64,000 nucleotides of DNA from Prochlorococcus sp. AG-347-L02. Lineage in GTDB: Bacteria > Cyanobacteriota > Cyanobacteriia > PCC-6307 > Cyanobiaceae. The DNA lies in contig QCCL01000007.1 of NCBI GenBank assembly GCA_003281255.1, positions 648 to 64,647 on the forward strand, in the 5' to 3' direction. Below the pieces are notes generated by a model that made no database searches, was not told the origin of the DNA, and was given only the letters and a program-made list of their open reading frames with translations. The position numbers and the translations under genes are program-made. How positions within the stretch are numbered: position 1 is the stretch's first letter; each line of letters begins with the position of its first letter. This document shows, piece by piece, positions 11,401 through 18,763 of the stretch.

Positions 11401-12039
11401 TATGCTAAACCATTGTTAGATAAATGGTTAGAGATAATTATCGAGAAAAAACTTATATCACCCAAAGCAGTTTATGGATATTTCAGATGCGGGAGAAAAG
11501 ATAATAGTATTTTCTTATTTGATGAGAAATCGTTAAATAAAAGTTCCCAATTTAATTTTCCACGACAAAAATCTGGGAATAATTTATGTATAGCTGATTT
11601 TTATTGTGATTTGAATAATGATAAACCGATAGATATATTTCCTATGCAGGCAGTAACAATGGGCGATATTGCTAGTGAATATTCTCAAAAATTATTTAAA
11701 GAAGATAAATATAGCGATTATTTGTTATTCCATGGACTTACAGTGCAATTAGCAGAAGCTCTAGCTGAGTATGTCCATGCATTAATTCGTATTGAATGTG
11801 GTTTTAGGTCTGAAGAACCAGACAAAAATAGAGAAATACTAGCTCAAAAATATAGAGGAGCTAGATATTCTTTTGGTTATCCTGCATGTCCAAAAGTATC
11901 TGATTCAAACATACAATTATCATTGTTGGATGCAAAAAGAATAAACTTAACCATGGATGAATCTGAACAACTTCATCCAGAACAAAGTACTACAGCTATC
12001 ATTGCACTACACTCAAAAGCTAAATATTTCAGTGCTTAA
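8473..12039 (+). CDS. metH: Cobalamin-dependent methionine synthase
   Basis: 1188 aa with Hcy-binding (GGCCGTTPEH), pterin-binding, B12-binding (GDVHDIGKN = DxHxxG) and C-terminal AdoMet-activation domains. Confidence 0.95.
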   Translation: MESFRNYLNRDEKPLIIFDGGTGTSFQNLNLNADDFGGKELEGCNENLVLSSPEVVEKVHNSFLEAGCHVIETNTFGASSIVLDEYDIADKAYEINKNAAFIAKKAAAKYSSVDKPRFVAGSIGPTTKLPTLGHIDFDELKQTYKEQIYGLIDGGVDLLLIETCQDVLQIKSALLASKEILESKNIDIPLMVSITMETTGTMLVGSDIASALTILEPFNIDILGLNCATGPEQMKEHIKYLSENSPFAISCIPNAGLPENIGGVAHYRLKPIELKMQLMNFIYDFNVQLIGGCCGTTPEHIKYLSSIIDEIIDNERTNNNGKKNSSGFIPSASSIYNSVPYKQDNSILIVGERLNASGSKKVRELLNNDDWDGLVAIAKQQQKENAHVLDVNVDYVGRDGVKDMNEITSRLVTNINLPLMIDSTDADKMESGLKSAGGKCIINSTNYEDGNERFDQVLNLALGYGSGLVVGTIDEDGMARNAEKKYKIVKRAINRTRECGLSDYELFFDPLALPISTGIEEDRLNAKETISAILKIRENFPDIHIILGISNISFGLSPLSRINLNSIFLDECIKAGLDSAIIAPNKILPLSKISEETKKLCLDLIYDKREFEDDICIYDPLVELTKAFQDLSIQDFKKASSENKNLTLEESLKNHIIDGEKIGLEDQLNKALKKYKPLEIINTFLLDGMKVVGDLFGSGQMQLPFVLQSAETMKFAVSILEPYMETVDEKISNGKLLIATVKGDVHDIGKNLVDIILTNNGFDVINLGIKQDVSAIIDAQKKHNADCIAMSGLLVKSTAFMKDNLEAFNNENISVPVILGGAALTPKFVNEDCSKIYKGKILYGKDAFTDLKFMNEYMDNKKKGNWSNTEGFINNEGININLASSKANSQAVKKSISINTETSILNLKEKFIRSKFINEEDPIQAPFLGTKVLNDVDIDLNKLIFYLDTKALFSGQWQIKKGKNQSVDEYNNYLDSYAKPLLDKWLEIIIEKKLISPKAVYGYFRCGRKDNSIFLFDEKSLNKSSQFNFPRQKSGNNLCIADFYCDLNNDKPIDIFPMQAVTMGDIASEYSQKLFKEDKYSDYLLFHGLTVQLAEALAEYVHALIRIECGFRSEEPDKNREILAQKYRGARYSFGYPACPKVSDSNIQLSLLDAKRINLTMDESEQLHPEQSTTAIIALHSKAKYFSA

Positions 12040-12048
12040 GCAAGATTT

Positions 12049-12267
12049 TTAGTTGTTTTCTAAATATTCAATAATTTCTTCCTGTAGTTCTTCCATCGTT
12101 TCATTATCACCCAGATCAAGTCCCTCACCTGCGGCATCCTGTGTTAACTCAAGATAATATGAAGCACCATCACTAGATAAAAATTCTAATGCTGAAGTTT
12201 CACCACTATCTTTAAAAGCTTCATAAAGAGCTTTAAATGCTATGTTTTCAGTAAAGTCCCAATCCAT
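12049..12267 (-). CDS. Small acidic hypothetical protein
   Basis: 72-aa ORF, strongly acidic (DLGDNETMEELQEEIIEYLENN). It fills the gap between metH and the next gene. No family recognised. Confidence 0.5.
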   Translation of the reverse strand: MDWDFTENIAFKALYEAFKDSGETSALEFLSSDGASYYLELTQDAAGEGLDLGDNETMEELQEEIIEYLENN

Positions 12268-12366
12268 AATGAAAAAAACCTTATTAGAATTATTACCTCC
12301 TTACCCCCCATACTCGTCAACCTTTTTTAAAGAAATGTTGGTGTTTTTTTATTATAAAAAAAATCT

Positions 12367-12750
12367 ATGACCATAAATAATCAAAATCAGTTAAATGTCC
12401 TTGGAGAAAAAATTGAGATTTGTAGTTGCGCACCTATGACAGGGTGGTTCAGGGATGGATTTTGCAACTATGACAAAAATGATGGAGGGAATCATTCCAT
12501 ATGTTGTGTAATGGATGATAATTTCCTGAAATATAGTCAATCACAAGGTAATGATTTAATAACTCCCATGCCTATTTATTCGTTCCCAGGACTAAAGGAT
12601 GGTGATCATTGGTGTATTTGTCTTGATAGGTGGAAGCAAGCATTATTAGACGGTCTTGCACCAAAAGTCATATTAGAATCAACAAATATTGTAGTCTTAG
12701 AATCAGTACCTCTGGAAAAATTGAAAGAATATCAATTTAATAAAAAGTAA
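12367..12750 (+). CDS. Conserved Cys-rich hypothetical protein (DUF2237-like)
   Basis: 127 aa. TGWFRDGFCNYDKNDGGNHSICCVM...FLKYSQSQGNDL...HWCICLDRW resembles DUF2237 from memory. Confidence 0.6.
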   Translation: MTINNQNQLNVLGEKIEICSCAPMTGWFRDGFCNYDKNDGGNHSICCVMDDNFLKYSQSQGNDLITPMPIYSFPGLKDGDHWCICLDRWKQALLDGLAPKVILESTNIVVLESVPLEKLKEYQFNKK

Positions 12751-12798
12751 TTACAAGTTTATTTTTTTTTTTAAAATGAATATGATAAATTTTTTAAA

Positions 12799-13629
12799 AT
12801 GAGTTTAGAAATATATTGGAAAAAAGCACTAGAACAAACTCGATTATCAATTGATGATGAATCATTATATCCTCTCAAAACTGATATTATTACAAGAGAT
12901 TTATATGAAAAAGACGACTTCATAATAAGGAAACTCGATACTTCAAAATTTAACAAAAAAAAAATTTATGGTCCTAAGCAAAATCCTTTTTGTCCTTGGG
13001 AAAAGATACTAGAAATTGATAAAATTGGTGATAATCATCAACTAATATTAAATAAGTACCCTGTACAAAAAGGTCATATTTTACTTATTACAAATGAATG
13101 GAAACCTCAAAATGGATGGTTAGATATTAATGATTGGAAAGCGATCCAACAAGTTAATAAAGATACTAGTGGATTATGGTTTTTCAATAGTTCTCCAATT
13201 GCGGGAGCAAGTCAACCTCACAGGCATTTTCAACTTCTGCGTAGATCTAAAAGTGAGATATCATGCCCTAGAGAAGAGTGGTTTTTAGAGATGAACTCAT
13301 ATCAAGATCTAGATAGTAAGCTTAAAAAGAATATTATTGTATCCAAATTTAATTTTTTAGAAAATCCATCATGTCTTTTAGAATTTTACTTAGAATTATG
13401 CAAGAAATTAGGAATTGGGGACCCTATTAGTGATAAGAAACCGATATATCCTTACAATATTTTAATAACTAATAAATGGATCGCTATTATAAAAAGAAAA
13501 AATGATCATATTCATGGTTTCAGTATTAACGGTTTAGGATTTGCAGGATATCTATTAGTAACTGAAAAATCAAATATTAATTATTTAAAGAAATTTGGCC
13601 CTGAAAAACTTCTAGAAAGTTTTGTTTGA
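12799..13629 (+). CDS. ATP adenylyltransferase / Ap4A phosphorylase family (GalT-branch HIT) protein
   Basis: 276 aa. NKYPVQKGHILLIT and SQPHRHFQLL (HxHxQ) motifs. Confidence 0.65.
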   Translation: MSLEIYWKKALEQTRLSIDDESLYPLKTDIITRDLYEKDDFIIRKLDTSKFNKKKIYGPKQNPFCPWEKILEIDKIGDNHQLILNKYPVQKGHILLITNEWKPQNGWLDINDWKAIQQVNKDTSGLWFFNSSPIAGASQPHRHFQLLRRSKSEISCPREEWFLEMNSYQDLDSKLKKNIIVSKFNFLENPSCLLEFYLELCKKLGIGDPISDKKPIYPYNILITNKWIAIIKRKNDHIHGFSINGLGFAGYLLVTEKSNINYLKKFGPEKLLESFV

Positions 13630-13632
13630 ATA

Positions 13633-13812
13633 CTAGTTAGTAGCTTCAACTTCTTTATCTCTGCTGATTTGGCTTTCTAGAACTTCTATAGATGCTTTTA
13701 CAGAGGCTATTTTACGTTCAAGTGAATCCTTAATATAATTGAGCACTTCTAATTTCTTATGTTGATAAAAACTCTTCTTTTCTTTAGATGACTTGAAATT
13801 ACAATTAAGCAT
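13633..13812 (-). CDS. 59-aa coiled-coil mini-ORF (not in the supplied track, below its length cutoff)
   Basis: Read by hand: MLNCNFKSSKEKKSFYQHKKLEVLNYIKDSLERKIASVKASIEVLESQISRDKEVEATN. It is the only ORF in a 325-bp gap. Confidence 0.3.
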   Translation of the reverse strand: MLNCNFKSSKEKKSFYQHKKLEVLNYIKDSLERKIASVKASIEVLESQISRDKEVEATN

Positions 13813-13954
13813 TTTATTTTCATTATAAAAAGATACTTAATTGACTTGTGACATGAAAATAAATTAGTTTTAATTTAAAAACAATATTCCGTATGGACTT
13901 TCAATTTTTTTTGAATAAAATTAAATAAATTCCTTACTATTTAAGAAAATATTA

Positions 13955-14965
13955 TTGAATATTCCTGAAAATTCAAATACAAAAAGAATTTCAATTGATT
14001 TACCTGAGGAACTAATTTCCAGGTTTGATCAATTACGGAAAGAGTGGGGATTTAGAGCAAGAGGACCTGTAATAGAAAAGATACTTAAAGAACTTCTTCA
14101 AGAAGATGATTTACTACCTAAAAACCAACAGCAAGAAATAGATTTTAACGAGAAGAAGAATAATGAAAATTTAAATATTGACGAAGATACTGCATTGGTA
14201 TTGATTAAATCAGACGTAAAAAAAGAAGTTAATGAGATATCTTTGAGTAAAAGATTCTCAAATAAGAATAAACATAATGAAAAATCCAACTTAAACATAA
14301 GCCTTCCCAACTTTGTTGAAAAAAAAGTGAAGAATCTAAGAAGAAGTATTAATAGTGAAAAATTAAACGAGAATATCAATGATATTCAAATTAACACAAT
14401 TAAAGAAAGTGAATTAATAAAATGTCGAATTGAGTTAATTAGTCATTGGAAAACCTTATATGGATCAGTTCCTAATGATCATGTAGTAGAAGCTTCCATG
14501 GATTGGTTTGGAAGGGATATATGGCCAAATCTTGATGGAACTGAAAATCTACCCTTTACGTGGAGTGCAGCCAATAAATTAATGTCTGAATTATGCCCAT
14601 TTTGGATAAAGAAAAATCCATCCCTTGAAATTGTTTTATTAATGATTGGCGTTTTAGAAGACCCTTTTGCTACATCAGATCTAATTAATAGGATACCAAC
14701 ACTTATGAGAAGGTTTGTAAGTAGATTTAAGCGAAATAACAGATCAAATTCATTTGAAACTTTGGACTCAACAATGACAGTACATGGAGCACTCAAATTA
14801 TTGAACTTATCAACAGCCGCAGGATCAGCTCATACGTTCCGTAAAATTAGGGAGGCCTATAAATCAATAGCCCTAGAGACACATCCAGATGCTGGAGGCT
14901 CAACAGATCAAATGAGAAAATTAAATGAAGCGTATCAATTGCTAAAAAATCTATACAGAAATTAG
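13955..14965 (+). CDS. Ribbon-helix-helix-like N-terminus fused to a C-terminal J-domain
   Basis: 336 aa. N-terminus RISIDLPEELISRFDQLRKEWGFRARGPVIEKILKELL fits a strand-helix-helix pattern. C-terminus KIREAYKSIALETHPDAGGSTDQMRKLNEAYQLLKN is a J-domain with HPD. TTG start. Confidence 0.7.
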   Translation: MNIPENSNTKRISIDLPEELISRFDQLRKEWGFRARGPVIEKILKELLQEDDLLPKNQQQEIDFNEKKNNENLNIDEDTALVLIKSDVKKEVNEISLSKRFSNKNKHNEKSNLNISLPNFVEKKVKNLRRSINSEKLNENINDIQINTIKESELIKCRIELISHWKTLYGSVPNDHVVEASMDWFGRDIWPNLDGTENLPFTWSAANKLMSELCPFWIKKNPSLEIVLLMIGVLEDPFATSDLINRIPTLMRRFVSRFKRNNRSNSFETLDSTMTVHGALKLLNLSTAAGSAHTFRKIREAYKSIALETHPDAGGSTDQMRKLNEAYQLLKNLYRN

Positions 14966-15024
14966 TATACTAATTCTTAAATAAGACTAGAAATAAGTCT
15001 ATACAATAGTCTTATATAAGATAG
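14964..15024. repeat. Repeat R1: AGACT-N7-AGTCT-N7-AGTCT plus TCTTATATAAGA palindrome
   Basis: AGACT at 14984, AGTCT at 14996 and 15008 (12-bp phasing). The 12-bp perfect palindrome lies at 15010-15021. R1 begins inside the stop codon of the RHH-J gene. Confidence 0.8.
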
Positions 15025-15141
15025 CTGTGACCCTAAATTACTTAACTCTATGAATTATTTGTTAAGCAAATTTATAAAGATAATAATTATGTATAAATAG
15101 AATTTAAAGAAAATTTACTTTTAAGAATGTAAATATTTTCT

Positions 15142-15202
15142 TGTATAGTAATTCTTATTTAAGACTTATTATTAGTCTATTATATAGTCTCAAAACAGAT
15201 AA
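15142..15202. repeat. Repeat R2: direct copy of R1
   Basis: Hand alignment to R1 gives about 43 of 60 identities, with every G/C position of the core conserved. AGACT at 15162, AGTCT at 15174 and 15186 (12-bp phasing). Confidence 0.8.
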
Positions 15203-15384
15203 GTAAGAAATAATAATTTATCAATTTTAATTAAAGATCCCAAGACTGCTTAATAGCTTGGAAAAATTAAAAATGAATATAAAACAATAAATTATGTCCT
15301 TTCAATGTCCAAAGAATTAATAATAATTAAAAAGCATTGCTGCAGAACAGTTTTAAATCTACCCGTACTGCCTTAAAGACAGTA

Positions 15385-15645
15385 CTACTTGGACTGTAGC
15401 TTTTCAATGGCAGTTTGTTTATCAATACTAGGGACATCACTTAATCCGTTAGCATCAAACCAAGGGGCGCTAGCCCAATCAAAACCTTCCCCAAAAGTAT
15501 TATCTGGTGAAGTTATATACCAATGACATGAAGCATCTGGTATGTCAACTGCACATTTTGACCAATCATCTGACCACTGAGGGACTTGTACCCACAGCAC
15601 TGAAGATAGAAGTAGAGATAGTAAATTGATCATGAAACTTATCAT
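15385..15645 (-). CDS. Small secreted hypothetical protein
   Basis: 86 aa. Hydrophobic N-terminal signal-like segment (MISFMINLLSLLLSSVLW), Trp/Asp-rich mature part, two Cys. Confidence 0.5.
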   Translation of the reverse strand: MISFMINLLSLLLSSVLWVQVPQWSDDWSKCAVDIPDASCHWYITSPDNTFGEGFDWASAPWFDANGLSDVPSIDKQTAIEKLQSK

Positions 15646-15677
15646 ACAACATTAATTAGTTTTATAGGATTATTATT

Positions 15678-15730
15678 TATCTTATATAAGAATTATAGAT
15701 AGACTTGTTTATAGTCTCATATAAGATTGG
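15678..15730. repeat. Repeat R3: TCTTATATAAGA palindrome plus AGACT-N7-AGTCT, upstream of the 86-aa ORF
   Basis: Palindrome at 15680-15691. AGACT at 15701, AGTCT at 15713. ATAGTCTCATATAAGAT matches the R1 tail ATAGTCTTATATAAGAT. R3 lies 33-85 bp upstream of the ORF start at 15645. Confidence 0.75.
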
Positions 15731-15738
15731 CAATACAA

Positions 15739-18183
15739 TTAATTTCTCAATTTAGTATTAAAAAATTTTTCAACATTAGAAATGATATTTGAATGTATTG
15801 ATGTAATGTCCGAGTCTAGTAATGTTTTATCTTTATCTCTATAAGATAATCTAAATGTATAACTGATATGATCATCTCCAAATTTAGTATCTTCAAAAAC
15901 ATCAAGTAAATTAACGTCCTCTAAGAGATTTTTTCCTGTTTTTCTTATTTGTGATGTTATTTCGCTAATTAAAAATTTCTTACTGAAAACAAAATTTATA
16001 TCCCTTTCCATTTTCGGAACAATTGGGTATTGCTTATATATTGGAATCCATTTATTTTTTCTTGTACTAGCTCCCAAGAGGTTAGAAACATTTATGTTAA
16101 ATAAATAAACTTTTTTTAATGACTTCTTTTCTAATATTAGTTTGGGATGTATTTCACCAAAATAACCTGCATCTTTCCCTTCAATAACTAATTTCGCTGT
16201 TCTTCCTGGATGAAGAAAATCTATTGAATCAGTAGGTTTATCATCAATTTTTATGTTCAACGATGATAGAGCCTCCTTTAACTTTCCTCTGGCCTGGTAA
16301 TAATTAAGATCGTTATCCTTACCCGAATTTATCCATTTTCCAAATTTTTTATTTCCATAAATGGCACCATTGAGAACTTCTTCTTGAATGAACTCAGTTT
16401 TCTTTTGAAAAACATTTCCAATTTCAAATATATAACAACTTGCTTGTCCAGCTTTTATATTACGGTTCACTATCTCTAAATGTTCTTTCCAGATATTATC
16501 TCTAAGACAGCTTGTTTCTAATAACAAAGGATTAGAAATCTTTATAAGTTTTTCATTATCTTCAGGAACAAGAGAGTAGCTTAGTACCTCATTAAAACCA
16601 TTCTCTATAAAACCATTTTTTACTTTTCTCAATGCCAACTGTTCTGATGACAATTTTCCAGGCTTAATTGGATTAGGAAGTTTTAAATCGAATCTGTCAT
16701 ACCCTATTAATCTCGCTATTTCTTCAATTAAATCTATTTCTCTTATTAAATCATGAGATCTATTAGGAATTACTGCGACATCCCATCCATATTCTTTATT
16801 CTTTAAAGTACAACCTATGAGTTTTAATTTATCAACTATTTCATTATCAGATATATTTCTTTTTTCAAATTGATCTTTAATTATTAATGGACCAAGAATT
16901 TTATGTATTCGATTTCTCCGTAGTTTAATAAATATATCCTCATTACTTATTAAATTGGAAGTATTGATGATTGGTGAATTAATAGAAAAATATTCTTCTA
17001 AAAGATTAATTGCCCTTGTTACTGCACTTATTGTATTTTTTGATGAAATCCCTTTTTCATACCTGCTGCTAGATTCTGTTCTTATGCCAACAGCCTTTGA
17101 AGATTTTCTTATAATGACTGGATTAAAAACAGCGCCTTCAAGGTAAATAGATGAGGTAGTATTAGTTACAGAAGTCTCTAAACCGCCTATCACCCCTGCA
17201 ATAGCTACCGGTTTATCACAACAAGTAATGACTGTGATATTGTCATTTAAGTCATATTCTTTACCATCTAAGCAAATAAGGCTCTCGTTATCTTTACCTT
17301 TTCTTACAGAGAAATCTTCTGGAGAAACTTCCTTACCAATTAAGTTTGACAGTTTATCTTTATCAAACGCATGCAAAGGTTGCCCTTGTTCTAAAAGAAT
17401 ATAATTTGTCAAATCAACTAGAAGATTAATAGATTTTATACCTGATTTTTCTATACGATCTTTAAGCCAACTTGGCGATAATTTCTCTCCGTTTACTCCA
17501 TCAATGCAGCTTATTGTATAAATGCAATTAGACTCTATAGCTTCTGGACAAAGTTTAATTCTCTTAAGTAAATGAATATTGTATTTATGGTTCAATTCTG
17601 GAAAATTTAAGGTGGATTCTAAAAGGGCAGAAATTTCACGGGCTATACCCATAACAGACATTCCGTCAGGTCTATTAGCTGTAATGGCTAAATCATATAT
17701 AAAATCGTTTAATTTAAGAATGTCAGACCCTGGAGTGCCCAATTCATGTTTTAGGGCTAAATCTTCATCAATGATCTCTATCCCTTCGCTAGAGTCCTCT
17801 AAACCGAGTTCCTGCAGTGAACATATCATTCCTTCACTAATGACACCTCTAATTTCACTTCTTTTAATAGTTAAATCAACAGCATTTAATTTCGCGCCGA
17901 CTGTAGCAACATAAACATAAATATTAGGTTTAATATTGCTCGCACCACAGATAATTTGTAAATTCTTTGAATTACCAATATCGACTTGGCAAATTGAAAG
18001 TTTGTCAGATCCTTCGTGTTTTAAAACAGATAATACCTTACCTAAAACAACACCATTTACATTTTCTGAACAATCTTCTAATGATTCAACCTCAAATCCA
18101 CCAATAGACAATTTCTCAGAGAGATGTTCAGGAGTAGAAGTAATTTCTACTAAATTTTTCAACCAATTTTGAGAAACTTTCAT
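15739..18183 (-). CDS. pheT: Phenylalanine--tRNA ligase beta subunit
   Basis: 814 aa with N-terminal tRNA-binding OB domain, B3/4, B5 and C-terminal FDX-ACB domain pattern. Confidence 0.95.
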   Translation of the reverse strand: MKVSQNWLKNLVEITSTPEHLSEKLSIGGFEVESLEDCSENVNGVVLGKVLSVLKHEGSDKLSICQVDIGNSKNLQIICGASNIKPNIYVYVATVGAKLNAVDLTIKRSEIRGVISEGMICSLQELGLEDSSEGIEIIDEDLALKHELGTPGSDILKLNDFIYDLAITANRPDGMSVMGIAREISALLESTLNFPELNHKYNIHLLKRIKLCPEAIESNCIYTISCIDGVNGEKLSPSWLKDRIEKSGIKSINLLVDLTNYILLEQGQPLHAFDKDKLSNLIGKEVSPEDFSVRKGKDNESLICLDGKEYDLNDNITVITCCDKPVAIAGVIGGLETSVTNTTSSIYLEGAVFNPVIIRKSSKAVGIRTESSSRYEKGISSKNTISAVTRAINLLEEYFSINSPIINTSNLISNEDIFIKLRRNRIHKILGPLIIKDQFEKRNISDNEIVDKLKLIGCTLKNKEYGWDVAVIPNRSHDLIREIDLIEEIARLIGYDRFDLKLPNPIKPGKLSSEQLALRKVKNGFIENGFNEVLSYSLVPEDNEKLIKISNPLLLETSCLRDNIWKEHLEIVNRNIKAGQASCYIFEIGNVFQKKTEFIQEEVLNGAIYGNKKFGKWINSGKDNDLNYYQARGKLKEALSSLNIKIDDKPTDSIDFLHPGRTAKLVIEGKDAGYFGEIHPKLILEKKSLKKVYLFNINVSNLLGASTRKNKWIPIYKQYPIVPKMERDINFVFSKKFLISEITSQIRKTGKNLLEDVNLLDVFEDTKFGDDHISYTFRLSYRDKDKTLLDSDITSIHSNIISNVEKFFNTKLRN

Positions 18184-18284
18184 TTATATTTTTTAATCAA
18201 TGATGATAAAAGAAATAAGTATACCTCCAAAAAAGATTGTTGAAGATGTACAATAGAAAATTATACAATAAAGTATTAATTAAA

Positions 18285-18479
18285 ATGGCCAAAAAAGGGA
18301 CAAGAGTTGTAGTGACCCTGGAATGTACTGAAGCTAGGACAAGCACAGATCCTAAGAGATCAAATGGTGTCTCTAGATATACTACTGAAAAGAATCGTAG
18401 AAATACAACTGAAAGATTAGAACTAAAAAAGTTTAATCCTCATTTAAACAGAATGACAATTCACAAAGAAATTAAGTAA
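18285..18479 (+). CDS. rpmG: 50S ribosomal protein L33
   Basis: [20 protein letters not shown]...[35 protein letters not shown] use the internal ATG at 18285 rather than the track start at 18237. Confidence 0.9.
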   Translation: MAKKGTRVVVTLECTEARTSTDPKRSNGVSRYTTEKNRRNTTERLELKKFNPHLNRMTIHKEIK

Positions 18480-18496
18480 TCAAATCAAATTAAATC

Positions 18497-18718
18497 ATGC
18501 CTAATTCAATTTTTAAAAAACAATTATCACCTATCAGACCTGGAGATCCTATTGACTATAAGGATGTAGAATTACTAAAAAAATTCATCACTGAGAGGGG
18601 CAAAATCCTACCAAGAAGGATGACAGGTTTAACCTCTAAGCAACAAAGAGATCTTACATTAGCTGTAAAAAGAGCTAGAATTGTAGCTCTTTTACCCTTC
18701 GTAAATCCTGAAGGATAA
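18497..18718 (+). CDS. rpsR: 30S ribosomal protein S18
   Basis: 73 aa. [50 protein letters not shown]. Confidence 0.9.
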   Translation: MPNSIFKKQLSPIRPGDPIDYKDVELLKKFITERGKILPRRMTGLTSKQQRDLTLAVKRARIVALLPFVNPEG

Positions 18719-18763
18719 TTTCATATTGAATATAGTTGGCACTATAATTAATATCTCAAATAT

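Noticed and set aside
12295-12309. Conspicuous GGGGGG-TAAGGAGGT on the minus strand upstream of the 72-aa acidic ORF. It might be a strong Shine-Dalgarno sequence or an upstream start.
   Set aside because: It lies about 28 nt from the ATG, too far for an SD, and an in-frame TAA separates it from the ORF, so there is no N-terminal extension. It may be part of a 5' UTR or promoter (TTGACG lies just upstream), but I cannot support a specific call.
14964-14980. The starts of R1 and R2 (AGTATACTAATTCTTA and TGTATAGTAATTCTTA) superficially resemble a cyanobacterial LexA box. Pho-box and Fur-box readings of the repeats were also considered.
   Set aside because: They lack the GTAC...GT(A/T)C half-sites of the LexA consensus as I remember it. 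The pentamer phasing is 12 bp, not the 11-bp 8-mer repeats of Pho boxes, and there is no GATAAT-type Fur pattern.
1493-18172. Short ORFs in the supplied track lying antisense to, or out of frame inside, large conserved genes: 1493-1678, 4895-5077, 8964-9233, 9333-9608, 9455-9700, 10809-11135, 12771-12956, 14098-14379, 14479-14796, 16955-17146, 17579-17914, 17936-18172.
   Set aside because: Each is fully embedded in a gene with strong family signatures on the other strand or frame. The translations are low-complexity (Ser/Leu/Phe/Ile-rich) with no recognisable motifs, which is typical of shadow ORFs.
18237-18284. 16-codon N-terminal extension of L33 in the track ORF ([16 protein letters not shown]).
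   Set aside because: L33 proteins begin MAKKG... The internal ATG at 18285 gives a normal 64-aa L33. The extension starts at a non-ATG codon and has no counterpart in L33.
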